Source of the DNA: an uncultured Alphaproteobacteria bacterium
GTDB taxonomy: Bacteria > Pseudomonadota > Alphaproteobacteria > Rhizobiales > Methyloligellaceae
Length of the DNA stretch: 64,000 nt
Direction: 5' to 3'
Assembly: GCA_963839245.1 (NCBI GenBank)
Contig: CAWIUJ010000002.1
Location: 125,795 to 189,794 of the forward strand
The position numbers and the translations under genes were made by a program. Below the pieces are notes generated by a model. The model worked only from the letters and a program-made list of their open reading frames with translations. It ran no database searches and was not told where the DNA came from. This document shows, one piece after another, positions 19,306 to 28,645 of the stretch. Positions within the stretch are counted from its first letter, which is position 1. Each line of letters opens with the position of its first letter.

Positions 19306-20565
19306 TTAGCGCTTCTCGATCAGCACGGCGCGGAAATCGTTGACGTTAGTCAGGGTCGGGCCGGTGACGAGGAGATCGCCGACGCTTTTGAAGAACGTCC
19401 AAGGGTCGTTGTCGGCGAGCATGGCCTTGGCGTTCAGCCCCGCGGCCTCGGCGCGAGCGAGCGTGTCGGGCGTGATCATGGCGCCCGCATTGTCTTCCGA
19501 GCCGTCCACGCCGTCGGTGTCGCCGGCGAGCGCATAGATGCCGGGCATGCCGTTCAGCGCGATAGCGAGCGCCAGCAGAAATTCGGTATTGCGTCCGCCT
19601 TTGCCCTTGCCCTTCAGCGTGATGGTCGTTTCGCCGCCTGAGATCAGCACGCAAGGGGGCACCTCGGGCTGGCCGCGCAGCGCGCATTGCCGCGCGATGC
19701 CCGCATGCACCAGCGCCACGTCGCGGGATTCGCCTTCGATCGAGTCGCCGAGGATGACGGGCTTCACCCCCGCTTTGTGAGCGACCGCGGCTGCGGCTTC
19801 GAGCGAGGCCTGAGGTGTCGCGATCATGATGTTCTCGACGCCCGCCAGCCGGGGATCGCCCGGCTTCGGCGTCTCGTCTGCCGTTTTGAGCCTCCGCAGC
19901 ACGCTCTCCGGTACGTCGATCTGGTGTTTCTCGATGATGCCGAGCGCGTCCTGGTTGGTGGAGGGATCGGGCACGGTTGGACCCGAGGCGATGATCGAGG
20001 GGTCGTCGCCGGGCACGTCGGAGATCATCAGCGCCACGACCTTGGCCGGCCAAGCCGCGGCAGCGAGCCTGCCGCCCTTGATGGAAGAGAGGTGCTTCCG
20101 CACCGTATTCATCTCGGAGATGGTGGCGCCGCTCTTCAGCAGCGCCTTGTTCACGGCTTGCTTATCCTCGAGGCTCATCCCTTCGGCGGGTGCCGCAAGC
20201 AGGGCCGAGCCGCCGCCCGAAATCAAGCAGAGCACGAGATCGTCCCGCGTCAGCCCCTGCACCATCTTGAAAATCCGCAAGGCGGCCTCCCGGCCTGCCG
20301 CGTCAGGCACCGGATGCGCGGCCTCGACAACCTCCAGGCGCTCGGTCGGGACGCGATAGCCGTAGCGGGTCACGACCAGACCCTCGATTGGTCCATCCCA
20401 GGCATCCTCGAGCGCCTTGGCCATGGCGCCGCTCGCTTTGCCTGCGCCGATGACAATGGTCCGGCCTTTGGGCCGCGCCGGCAGATGCGCCGGAACGCAG
20501 AGAGAGGGCAGGGCCGCGTCCACGGCGGCCTGGAACATGGCCTTTAGCAGGTCGGCTGGCGTCAT
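19306..20565 (-). CDS. gck: Glycerate 2-kinase (MOFRL/TtuD family), serine-cycle gck
   Basis: IGAGKAS, LISGGGSALL, ISDVPGDD, GGETT, GGRNTEF, DTDGVDG, TGPTLTNVNDFR; AGGAGG RBS before ATG 20565. Confidence 0.92.
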   Translation of the reverse strand: MTPADLLKAMFQAAVDAALPSLCVPAHLPARPKGRTIVIGAGKASGAMAKALEDAWDGPIEGLVVTRYGYRVPTERLEVVEAAHPVPDAAGREAALRIFKMVQGLTRDDLVLCLISGGGSALLAAPAEGMSLEDKQAVNKALLKSGATISEMNTVRKHLSSIKGGRLAAAAWPAKVVALMISDVPGDDPSIIASGPTVPDPSTNQDALGIIEKHQIDVPESVLRRLKTADETPKPGDPRLAGVENIMIATPQASLEAAAAVAHKAGVKPVILGDSIEGESRDVALVHAGIARQCALRGQPEVPPCVLISGGETTITLKGKGKGGRNTEFLLALAIALNGMPGIYALAGDTDGVDGSEDNAGAMITPDTLARAEAAGLNAKAMLADNDPWTFFKSVGDLLVTGPTLTNVNDFRAVLIEKR

Positions 20566-20598
20566 CGGGATCCTCCTCAAGGGCGCTGAAGCTGCACA

Positions 20599-20655
20599 GA
20601 CGATTGCAAGAAGGCAAGCGAATGAATTACCCTGCCTATTCCAGTTGCAATCGTC
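20599..20655. promoter_or_regulatory. Perfect 11-bp inverted repeat in the gck/ftfL divergent promoter
   Basis: GACGATTGCAA (20599-20609) and TTGCAATCGTC (20645-20655), with inner AGGCA/TGCCT arms. Confidence 0.5.
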
Positions 20656-20683
20656 GCCGTAAAGCCCGGGGGCAATACCCTAT

Positions 20684-22423
20684 ATGTCTGTCCAGCCGCG
20701 TGAGAGTGCCGAGAAACCGGGCAGACGCCCAGACGATCAGCATAAAAAGCCGAAATCCGACATCGAGATCAGTCAGGCCGCGGTCATGCGGCCGATCATC
20801 GACGTGGCCGCCGACAAGCTCGGCATCCCGGCCGAATACGTGCTGCCTTATGGCCATTACAAGGCAAAAATCTCGCTCGACTATATCGCTTCCTTGGCCG
20901 GCCGGCCGGATGGCAAGCTGATCCTCGTCACGGCGATCACCCCAACCCCGGCGGGCGAGGGCAAGACCACCACCACAGTCGGACTAGGCGATGCGCTGAA
21001 CGATATCGGCGAGAAGGCGCTCATCTGCGTGCGCGAGCCGAGCCTCGGGCCCTGCTTCGGCGTCAAGGGCGGCGCCGCCGGAGGCGGCTACGCGCAGGTT
21101 GTGCCGATGGAGGACATCAACCTCCATTTCACCGGCGATTTCCACGCCATCGGCGCCGCCAACAACCTGCTCGCGGCGCTGATCGACAACCACGTTTATT
21201 GGGGCAACAAGCTCGATATCGACACCCGCCGCGTCACCTGGCGCCGCGCCGTCGACATGAACGACCGGGCGCTCCGCGAGATCGTGACCTCGCTCGGCGG
21301 CGCGGCCAACGGCTATCCGCGAGAAGCAGGCTTCGACATCACCGTGGCGAGCGAAGTGATGGCCATTTTCTGCCTCGCCACCGACCTCGCCGATTTACAG
21401 CGCCGGCTCGGTCAGATCCAGATCGGCCAGACGCGCGACAAGAAGGCGGTCACGGCGAGCGATCTATCGGCCTCGGGCTCCATGGCGGCGCTGCTCAAGG
21501 ATGCACTCGCCCCCAATCTGGTGCAGACGCTCGAGAACAACCCCGCCTTCATCCATGGCGGTCCCTTCGCCAACATCGCGCACGGCTGCAACTCGGTGAT
21601 CGCCACCAAGGCGGCGCTCAAGCTCGCCGATTACGTTGTCACCGAGGCTGGCTTCGGCGCGGATCTCGGCGCCGAGAAATTCTTCGACATCAAATGCCGC
21701 AAAGCGGGGCTCAAGCCCGACTGCGCCGTCATCGTCGCGACCATCCGAGCGTTGAAGATGCATGGCGGCGTCGCCAAGGACGACCTGAAAAAGGAGAATC
21801 TGCAGGCGCTGGAGAAGGGCTTCGCCAATCTCGAGCGGCATGTCCAGAATCTGTTGCGCTACGACGTGCCGGTCATCGTATCCATCAATCGCTTCAGCAC
21901 CGACACCGAAGCCGAGGTCGCTCTGCTCAGGCGTCTTTGCGCCGCGCTCAGCGTCGAATGCGTGCTCGCCGATCATTGGGCGCAAGGCGGCGTAGGCGCC
22001 GCCGACCTTGCTCGTGCGGTGGTGCGCACGATCAAGACCAAGCCCAGCGATTTCCACCCGCTTTATCCCGACGACATGTCGCTGTGGGAGAAAACGCGCA
22101 CCATCGCAAGAGAGATCTATGGCGCCGCCGACATATCCGCCGACAAGAGCGTGCGCGACCGGTTTGCCGAGCTGGAGAAGGAGGGCTTCGGCAAGTTCCC
22201 GATCTGCGTGGCCAAGACCCAATACAGCTTTTCGACCAATCCGGACGCCAAAGGCGCGCCTAGCGGCCACACCATTCCGATCCGTGAAGTGAGGCTGTCG
22301 GCGGGCGCCGAGTTCGTCGTCGTCATCTGCGGCGACGTCATGACCATGCCCGGCCTGCCGAAAGTCCCCGCCGCCAACAATATCGAGCTTGCCCCTGACG
22401 GGCGCATTACCGGCTTATTCTAG
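20684..22423 (+). CDS. ftfL: Formate-tetrahydrofolate ligase
   Basis: [70 protein letters not shown]. Confidence 0.97.
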   Translation: MSVQPRESAEKPGRRPDDQHKKPKSDIEISQAAVMRPIIDVAADKLGIPAEYVLPYGHYKAKISLDYIASLAGRPDGKLILVTAITPTPAGEGKTTTTVGLGDALNDIGEKALICVREPSLGPCFGVKGGAAGGGYAQVVPMEDINLHFTGDFHAIGAANNLLAALIDNHVYWGNKLDIDTRRVTWRRAVDMNDRALREIVTSLGGAANGYPREAGFDITVASEVMAIFCLATDLADLQRRLGQIQIGQTRDKKAVTASDLSASGSMAALLKDALAPNLVQTLENNPAFIHGGPFANIAHGCNSVIATKAALKLADYVVTEAGFGADLGAEKFFDIKCRKAGLKPDCAVIVATIRALKMHGGVAKDDLKKENLQALEKGFANLERHVQNLLRYDVPVIVSINRFSTDTEAEVALLRRLCAALSVECVLADHWAQGGVGAADLARAVVRTIKTKPSDFHPLYPDDMSLWEKTRTIAREIYGAADISADKSVRDRFAELEKEGFGKFPICVAKTQYSFSTNPDAKGAPSGHTIPIREVRLSAGAEFVVVICGDVMTMPGLPKVPAANNIELAPDGRITGLF

Positions 22424-22535
22424 CCAAGCAAAGGGGTTGCCAGCCGCTCACGTGGGCGTTACCACCTCTTTTTTCCGCCAAGCCTGAGGGCCGGGTCAGG
22501 CGAAGCCAATAATCTTTGAAAGTGGAGGAGACGGA

Positions 22536-23747
22536 ATGTCGGGAGCAAGAAGGCCGGGACGCAACCATTTGTTCGTGCCCGGGCCGACCAATGTGCCGGA
22601 CCGCGTGTTGCGGGCGATGCATGTCCCCATGGAGGACCATCGGTCCTCCGATTTCCCCAAGCTCACTCTGCCGCTCTATGAGCGCATGAGGAAAATCTTC
22701 AAGACCAAGGACGGCCAGGTCATCATCTTCCCGTCGAGCGGGACCGGCGCCTGGGAGGCTGCCCTCACCAACACGCGGGCGCCCGGCGACAAGGTCCTGA
22801 TCTCCCGGTTCGGCCAGTTCAGCCATTTGTGGGGCGAGCTTGCCAAGCGGCACGGTCTCGACGTCATCGTGCAGGAGGAGGAGTGGGGCACCGGCGCCAA
22901 TCCTGATCGCATCGAGGAAGCGCTCCGCGCCGACAAGACTCACGAGATCAAGGGCGTGTTGGTGGTGCATAACGAGACCGCCACCGGCGTCACGAGCGAT
23001 GTCGCGGCGGTGCGCCGCGCGCTCGACGCCGCCAAGCACCCCGCACTTCTTTATGTCGACGGCGTGAGCTCGATTGGCAGTATTGATTTCCGTTTCGACG
23101 AATGGGGCGTCGATCTCGCCATCACCGGCTCGCAGAAGGGCCTCATGCTGCCGGCCGGCCTCGGCATCGTCTGCGTCAGCAAAAAGGCGATTGCGGCGAT
23201 CAAGGACGGCAATTGCCGGCGGGCTTATTTCGATTTGAACGACCAGATCAAGGCCAATGCCACCGGCTACTTCCCTTACACACCAGCGCTGCCGATGCTG
23301 TATGGCTTGCGCGAAGCGCTCGACATTTTGGATGAGGAGGGGCTCGAGAACGTCTTCGCCCGTCATCATCATCTCGCCGGCGGCGCCCGCGCCGCGGTTG
23401 GCGCTTGGGGTCTCAAGCTCTGCGCCAAGGCGCCGAAATGGAATTCCAATACCGTCAGCGCCATCCTGGTTCCGGCTGGCTTCAATGGCGCCGACGTGAT
23501 CGACGTCGCCTATAGACGCTACAATCTGGCGCTCGGCGCCGGGCTGTCGCAGGTTGCTGGAAAGCTGTTCCGCATCGGTCATTTGGGCGATTTGAACGAG
23601 CTGATGCTGCTCGGCGCGATCGCCGGCGCAGAAATGGCCATGCGCGACACCGGTATCGAGGTCGAGCTCGGTAGTGGGGTTGGTGCCGCCCAGGCGCATT
23701 TCCGCGGCGGCATGCAGGCGAAGGTCAAGCAGGTCGCTGCCGAATAG
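22536..23747 (+). CDS. sga: Serine-glyoxylate aminotransferase
   Basis: GRNHLFVPGPTNVP, VHNETATG, DGVSS, TGSQKGLMLPAG PLP lysine; position in cluster. Confidence 0.94.
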   Translation: MSGARRPGRNHLFVPGPTNVPDRVLRAMHVPMEDHRSSDFPKLTLPLYERMRKIFKTKDGQVIIFPSSGTGAWEAALTNTRAPGDKVLISRFGQFSHLWGELAKRHGLDVIVQEEEWGTGANPDRIEEALRADKTHEIKGVLVVHNETATGVTSDVAAVRRALDAAKHPALLYVDGVSSIGSIDFRFDEWGVDLAITGSQKGLMLPAGLGIVCVSKKAIAAIKDGNCRRAYFDLNDQIKANATGYFPYTPALPMLYGLREALDILDEEGLENVFARHHHLAGGARAAVGAWGLKLCAKAPKWNSNTVSAILVPAGFNGADVIDVAYRRYNLALGAGLSQVAGKLFRIGHLGDLNELMLLGAIAGAEMAMRDTGIEVELGSGVGAAQAHFRGGMQAKVKQVAAE

Positions 23748-23917
23748 GGTGCTCGCGCCCCCGCAGGTCGGCGGCGGGCGGAGACCAGTTTCGCCGACAA
23801 GCTTTGCCGGTCCCAGCCGCCGTCGGCCCTCGGAGGCATGCCGGCGGAGTGTGAGGCGTTGTATGTTTTAGCAAGGCAATTCGAAAAATTGCCGCTTAAG
23901 TCCTAGGGAGTTGTTCG

Positions 23918-24859
23918 GTGCAGCACGACATCGTGTTCCTTGATCGAGAATCGGTCGACGCCAAAGTGCGCCGGCCGAACTTTCCGCACAGCTACAAGGA
24001 GTACGAGTCGACCTGGACTCCGGCGGAGATCGTCGAGCGCCTCAAGGACGCGACGGTCGCCATCATCAACAAGGTGCCGATGCGGGCCGACACCCTGAAG
24101 CAGCTGCCGAAGCTGAAGCTGATCGCGGTGGCGGCTACGGGCACGGACGTCGTCGACAAGGCCTATTGCAAGGAGAACGGCATCACCGTCGTCAACATCC
24201 GCAACTACGCCTTCAACACCGTGCCCGAGCATGTCATCGCGCTTATCTTCGCGCTCAGGCGCAACCTCATGGCCTATGTGAAGGACGTGCATGACGGGGT
24301 ATGGAACAAATCGAGCCAGTTCTGCTTCCTGACCCATCCCATCCGCGATATCGCCGGCTCGACGCTCGGCATCGTCGGCTATGGCGCGCTCGGCAAGTCC
24401 ATCGGCAAACGCGCCGAGGCGCTCGGCATGCGCATCCTGCCCTTCGACATCTTCCCGCAGCCGGGCCTGGTCGATTTCGAGACCATCCTCAAAGAGAGCG
24501 ACATCATCACCTTGCATGTGCCGCTGACGCCCGAGACCAAGAACATGATCGGGGCGAAAGAGCTCAAGAAGATGAAGCCCACGGCGCTTCTCATCAACAC
24601 CGCCCGTGGCGGCCTGGTCGACGAGGAGGCGCTGGCCAAGGCGTTAAAGGACGGCACCATCGCGGGCGCCGGCTTCGACGTGTTGACCAAGGAGCCGCCC
24701 AAGGAGGGCAACGTGCTGCTCGATCCGACGCTGCCCAATTTCATCCTGACCCCGCATGTCGCTTGGGCCAGTCAGGAGGCCATGCAGATCCTGGCCGACC
24801 AACTCATCGACAATATCGAGGCGTTCGTGGCCGGCAAGCCACAGAACGTCGTGGAGTAA
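23918..24859 (+). CDS. hprA: Hydroxypyruvate reductase
   Basis: D-2-hydroxyacid dehydrogenase motifs GIVGYGALG, LINTARGGLVDE, LTPHVAWAS; follows sga. Confidence 0.9.
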   Translation: MQHDIVFLDRESVDAKVRRPNFPHSYKEYESTWTPAEIVERLKDATVAIINKVPMRADTLKQLPKLKLIAVAATGTDVVDKAYCKENGITVVNIRNYAFNTVPEHVIALIFALRRNLMAYVKDVHDGVWNKSSQFCFLTHPIRDIAGSTLGIVGYGALGKSIGKRAEALGMRILPFDIFPQPGLVDFETILKESDIITLHVPLTPETKNMIGAKELKKMKPTALLINTARGGLVDEEALAKALKDGTIAGAGFDVLTKEPPKEGNVLLDPTLPNFILTPHVAWASQEAMQILADQLIDNIEAFVAGKPQNVVE

Positions 24860-24881
24860 AGCCCCAAGGAGGGCGCGCGAG

Positions 24882-25739
24882 ATGAAGAAACTGTTGTTCC
24901 TGTTCGACACCGACCCTTACGCCAGTGTGTTCGATACCGTGGTCGCCTATGACGGCGGCGCCGACCGGGTCACCGGCTACGCCAATGTCACGACGGACAA
25001 TGTCGGGGCGCTGGTCGACGGCACGATCTTCACGCGCGGCGGCAAGGAGAAGCAGAACACCGCCATCTTCGTCGGCGGCGGCGACATGGCCAAGGGCGAG
25101 GCGCTGCTCAAGGCGGTGAAGAAGAAATTCTTCGGCCCGTTCCGCGTCTCGGTGATGCTCGATCCGAACGGCTCCAACACCACGGCGGCGGCAGGTGTGG
25201 CGCTGCTCGCCAAGGCCAAGAAGCTGAAGGGCAAGAAGACGGTGGTGTTGGCCGGCACCGGCCCGGTCGGCATGCGCGCGGCCGCGCTGCTCGGCAAGGA
25301 GGGCGCCGACGTCACCATCACCTCCCGCACCAAGCAAAAGGGCGACGAAGCCGCGAAGGCCATCGAGGCGCGGTTCGGCGTCACGGTGAAGTCGATTGAG
25401 GCCGCCGACGATGCGACCCGCGCCGCCGCGGTGAAGGACGCCAATATCGTCTTTGCCGCCGGCGCCATCGGCCTGCAGCTCTTGCCCGCATCGGCATGGC
25501 AGGACAACAAGAACGTCGAGATGGTCGCCGACGTGAACGCGCAGCCGCCGCTCGGCATCGAAGGTATCGAGGCGACCGACAAGGGCAAGGAGCGGTCGGG
25601 CAAGCTCGCCTTCGGCGCGCTCGGCATTGGCGGCCTCAAATTGAAGCTGCACCGAGCCTGTATCGGCCAGCTGTTCGAAAGCTCCGATCAGGTGCTCGAC
25701 GCCGAGGAGATCTACGCTTTGGCGAAGGAAATGGCGTAA
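24882..25739 (+). CDS. mtdA: NADP-dependent methylene-H4F/H4MPT dehydrogenase
   Basis: MKKLLFLFDTD..SVFDTVVAYDGGAD, TIFTRGG, MLDPNGSNTTAAA, GTGPVGMRAA, DVNAQPPLGIEG. Confidence 0.93.
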   Translation: MKKLLFLFDTDPYASVFDTVVAYDGGADRVTGYANVTTDNVGALVDGTIFTRGGKEKQNTAIFVGGGDMAKGEALLKAVKKKFFGPFRVSVMLDPNGSNTTAAAGVALLAKAKKLKGKKTVVLAGTGPVGMRAAALLGKEGADVTITSRTKQKGDEAAKAIEARFGVTVKSIEAADDATRAAAVKDANIVFAAGAIGLQLLPASAWQDNKNVEMVADVNAQPPLGIEGIEATDKGKERSGKLAFGALGIGGLKLKLHRACIGQLFESSDQVLDAEEIYALAKEMA

Positions 25740-25744
25740 CGGTC

Positions 25745-26371
25745 ATGATCAAGCAGAGCGCCGTCGAGACCTTCCTTGATGAGCTGGCGAGCCAGAGTGC
25801 CACGCCGGGCGGCGGGAGCGCCGCCGCGATCATCGGCGCCATGGGCGCGGCGCTTGTCGCCATGGTGTGCAATCTCACCATCGGCAAAAAGAAATATGCC
25901 GAGGTCGAGGACGAGATGCGCGCGCTGCTCGCGAAGGCCGAGGCGCTCCGTCACCGTCTGACCGGCATGATTGAGGACGACGTGAAGGCCTTCGATGCGG
26001 TGATGGGCGCTTATGGCATGGCCAAGGAGACCGACGCCGAGAAGGCCGCCCGCGGCGCCGCCATCCAAGAGGCGCTCAAGCTCGCGACCGAGGTCCCGTT
26101 GCGCTGCTGCCAAGCCGCCCGTGAGGTCATCGACCTTGCCGCGGCGGTGTCGGCCATCGGCAATCTCAACGTGATTAGCGACGCGGGCGTAGGGGTGCTG
26201 GCGGCTTATGCTGCACTGCGAAGCGCGGCGCTGAATGTTTACACGAACGCGAAAATGATCACTGACAAAACCTTCGCTGAGGCTAAGGTGAAGGAATTGG
26301 AGAGGCTTCTTTCCGGCGCGGAAGAAGTGACCGAAAAGGCTTATGAGCTGGTGAAGGGCAAGCTGAGCTGA
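25745..26371 (+). CDS. fch: Methenyl-H4F cyclohydrolase
   Basis: [50 protein letters not shown]; follows mtdA. Confidence 0.92.
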   Translation: MIKQSAVETFLDELASQSATPGGGSAAAIIGAMGAALVAMVCNLTIGKKKYAEVEDEMRALLAKAEALRHRLTGMIEDDVKAFDAVMGAYGMAKETDAEKAARGAAIQEALKLATEVPLRCCQAAREVIDLAAAVSAIGNLNVISDAGVGVLAAYAALRSAALNVYTNAKMITDKTFAEAKVKELERLLSGAEEVTEKAYELVKGKLS

Positions 26372-26417
26372 CGCTCGCGCGCCCGGGCCGGTCAAGAAGA
26401 CAAAAAGGGAGGTAAAG

Positions 26418-27608
26418 GTGGACGTCCACGAATATCAAGCGAAGGATTTGCTCTCGCAATTCGGCGTACCGGTCCCGAAGGGCGCCGTCGCCTTCAGCCC
26501 CGACCAAGCGGTCTATGCCGCGACCGAGCTCGGCGGCTGGCATTGGGCGGTCAAGGCCCAGATCCATGCCGGCGCGCGTGGCAAGGCCGGCGGCATCAAG
26601 CTCTGCCGGACCTATCACGAGGTTCGCGAGGCAGCGCAGGAGATGCTCGGTCGGCGCCTGGTCACCATCCAGACCGGACCGGAAGGCAAGCCCGTGCAGC
26701 GGGTCTATATCGAGGTCGCCGAGCCGTTTGAGCGCGAGCTCTATCTCGGCTATGTGCTCGACCGTAAGACCGAGCGCATTCGCGTGATCGCCTCGACCCG
26801 CGGCGGGATGGAGATCGAGGAGATCGCCAGGAACGAGCCCGAGGCCATTCTTCAGGTCCTCGTCGAGCCCGCGGTTGGCCTCCAGGCGTTTCAGGCGCGC
26901 CAACTCGCCTTTCAGCTTGGCCTCAACATCAAGCAGGTGCAGCGGGCGGTGACCACGATCATGAACGCCTATCGCGCGTTTCGCGACCGCGACGCCATCA
27001 TGCTCGAGATCAATCCGCTGGTCGTGACCAAGGACGACCGAGTGCTCGCCCTCGACGCCAAGATGTCGTTCGACGACAACGCCCTGTTCCGCCGTCACAG
27101 CGTCGCCGACATGCACGATCCCTCGCAACAGGATCCACGCGAGGCGCAGGCCGCCGAGCACAATCTCAACTATATCGGCCTCGACGGCGAGATCGGCTGC
27201 ATCGTCAACGGTGCTGGTCTCGCCATGGCCACCATGGACATGATCAAGCATGCCGGCGGCAGCCCCGCCAATTTCCTCGATGTCGGCGGCGGTGCCTCGC
27301 CGGAGCGCATCGCCACCGCGCTCAAGCTAGTTCTGTCGGACGTCAAGGTGCGGGCGGTGCTTGTCAACATCTTCGCCGGCATCAATCGCTGCGACTGGGT
27401 CGCCAAGGGCGTGGTCCAGGCCTGCCAGACGGTCGATGTGAAGGTGCCGCTGGTGGTGCGCCTCGCTGGCACCAATGTCGAGGAAGGCCGCAAGATTCTG
27501 GCCGAGAGCGGGCTTAAGCTGATCACCGCGGATACTCTGGCGGAAGCTGCGCAGAAGGCCGTGGAAGCCTGCAACGCGACGCCGGAACTGGCACGAGCGA
27601 CGGCCTAA
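26418..27608 (+). CDS. mtkA: Malate thiokinase large (beta) subunit
   Basis: [51 protein letters not shown]; SucC-like in serine-cycle context. Confidence 0.92.
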   Translation: MDVHEYQAKDLLSQFGVPVPKGAVAFSPDQAVYAATELGGWHWAVKAQIHAGARGKAGGIKLCRTYHEVREAAQEMLGRRLVTIQTGPEGKPVQRVYIEVAEPFERELYLGYVLDRKTERIRVIASTRGGMEIEEIARNEPEAILQVLVEPAVGLQAFQARQLAFQLGLNIKQVQRAVTTIMNAYRAFRDRDAIMLEINPLVVTKDDRVLALDAKMSFDDNALFRRHSVADMHDPSQQDPREAQAAEHNLNYIGLDGEIGCIVNGAGLAMATMDMIKHAGGSPANFLDVGGGASPERIATALKLVLSDVKVRAVLVNIFAGINRCDWVAKGVVQACQTVDVKVPLVVRLAGTNVEEGRKILAESGLKLITADTLAEAAQKAVEACNATPELARATA

Positions 27609-27629
27609 GCGCCGCCCGGGAGAACATTA

Positions 27630-28514
27630 ATGAGCATCCTTATTGACGAAACCACACCGATCATCGTCCAGGGCATGACCGGCGACAAGGGCTCCTTCCA
27701 TACCAAGGAGATGGTCGACTATGGCTCCAATGTCGTCGGCGGCGTGACGCCCGGCAAAGGCGGCACCAAGCATCAAGGCCTGCCCGTGTTCAACACGGTG
27801 AAAGATGCCGTGGAGGCGACGGGCGCCACCACGAGCATCACCTTCGTGGCGCCGGCCTTCTGCGCCGACGCGATCATGGAGGCCGCCGACGCCGGCATCA
27901 GGCTGATCTGCTCGATCACCGACGGCATTCCGGCCCAGGACATGATGCGCGTGAAGCGCTATCTCCGCCGCTATCCGAAAGAGCGGCGGCCGATGCTGGT
28001 CGGGCCGAACTGCGCTGGCATCATTAGTCCCGGCAAGGCCATGCTCGGCATCATGCCTGGCCACATCTATCTCCAGGGCAAGGTCGGCGTCATCTCGCGC
28101 TCCGGCACGCTCGGCTACGAGGCCGCCTCGCAGATGAAGGCGGTCGGCATCGGCATCACCACATCCGTCGGCATCGGCGGCGACCCGATCAACGGCTCAT
28201 CCTTCCTCGATCATTTGCAATTGTTCGAGGACGATCCGGAGACCGAGGCGGTGCTGCTGATTGGCGAGATCGGCGGACCGCAGGAAGCCGAAGCCTCGGA
28301 ATGGATCAAGGAGCATATGTCGAAGCCGGTGGTCGGGTTCGTGGCCGGTCTCACGGCGCCCAAGGGACGCCGCATGGGTCACGCTGGGGCCATCATCTCG
28401 GCGGCCGGAGACAGCGCCGCGGAGAAGGCGGAGATCATGCGGTCTTGCGGCCTGACCGTGGCGCCCAATCCGAGCGAGTTCGGCTCCACCGTGGCGCGGG
28501 TGCTGTCCGCGTGA
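27630..28514 (+). CDS. mtkB: Malate thiokinase small (alpha) subunit
   Basis: VGGVTPGKGG, GPNCAGIISPG, SRSGTLGYE, GRRMGHAGAII phospho-His motif. Confidence 0.92.
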   Translation: MSILIDETTPIIVQGMTGDKGSFHTKEMVDYGSNVVGGVTPGKGGTKHQGLPVFNTVKDAVEATGATTSITFVAPAFCADAIMEAADAGIRLICSITDGIPAQDMMRVKRYLRRYPKERRPMLVGPNCAGIISPGKAMLGIMPGHIYLQGKVGVISRSGTLGYEAASQMKAVGIGITTSVGIGGDPINGSSFLDHLQLFEDDPETEAVLLIGEIGGPQEAEASEWIKEHMSKPVVGFVAGLTAPKGRRMGHAGAIISAAGDSAAEKAEIMRSCGLTVAPNPSEFGSTVARVLSA

Positions 28515-28645
28515 GGCGCGGCGCCGGTTCGGTCGCAAGCTCCACGTCTGCCTCGCCGCGCCCGCGCTGCCGGGCGCCGAGGATTTGCGCCATGACGGTC
28601 ATGCTCCGGAGCTGATGGTCGGCGCGAGGAGTCCCCGGGCCTGTC

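Noticed and set aside
26418-28514. sucCD (succinyl-CoA synthetase)
   Set aside because: Position between fch and ppc/mcl indicates the malate thiokinase paralogs mtkAB.
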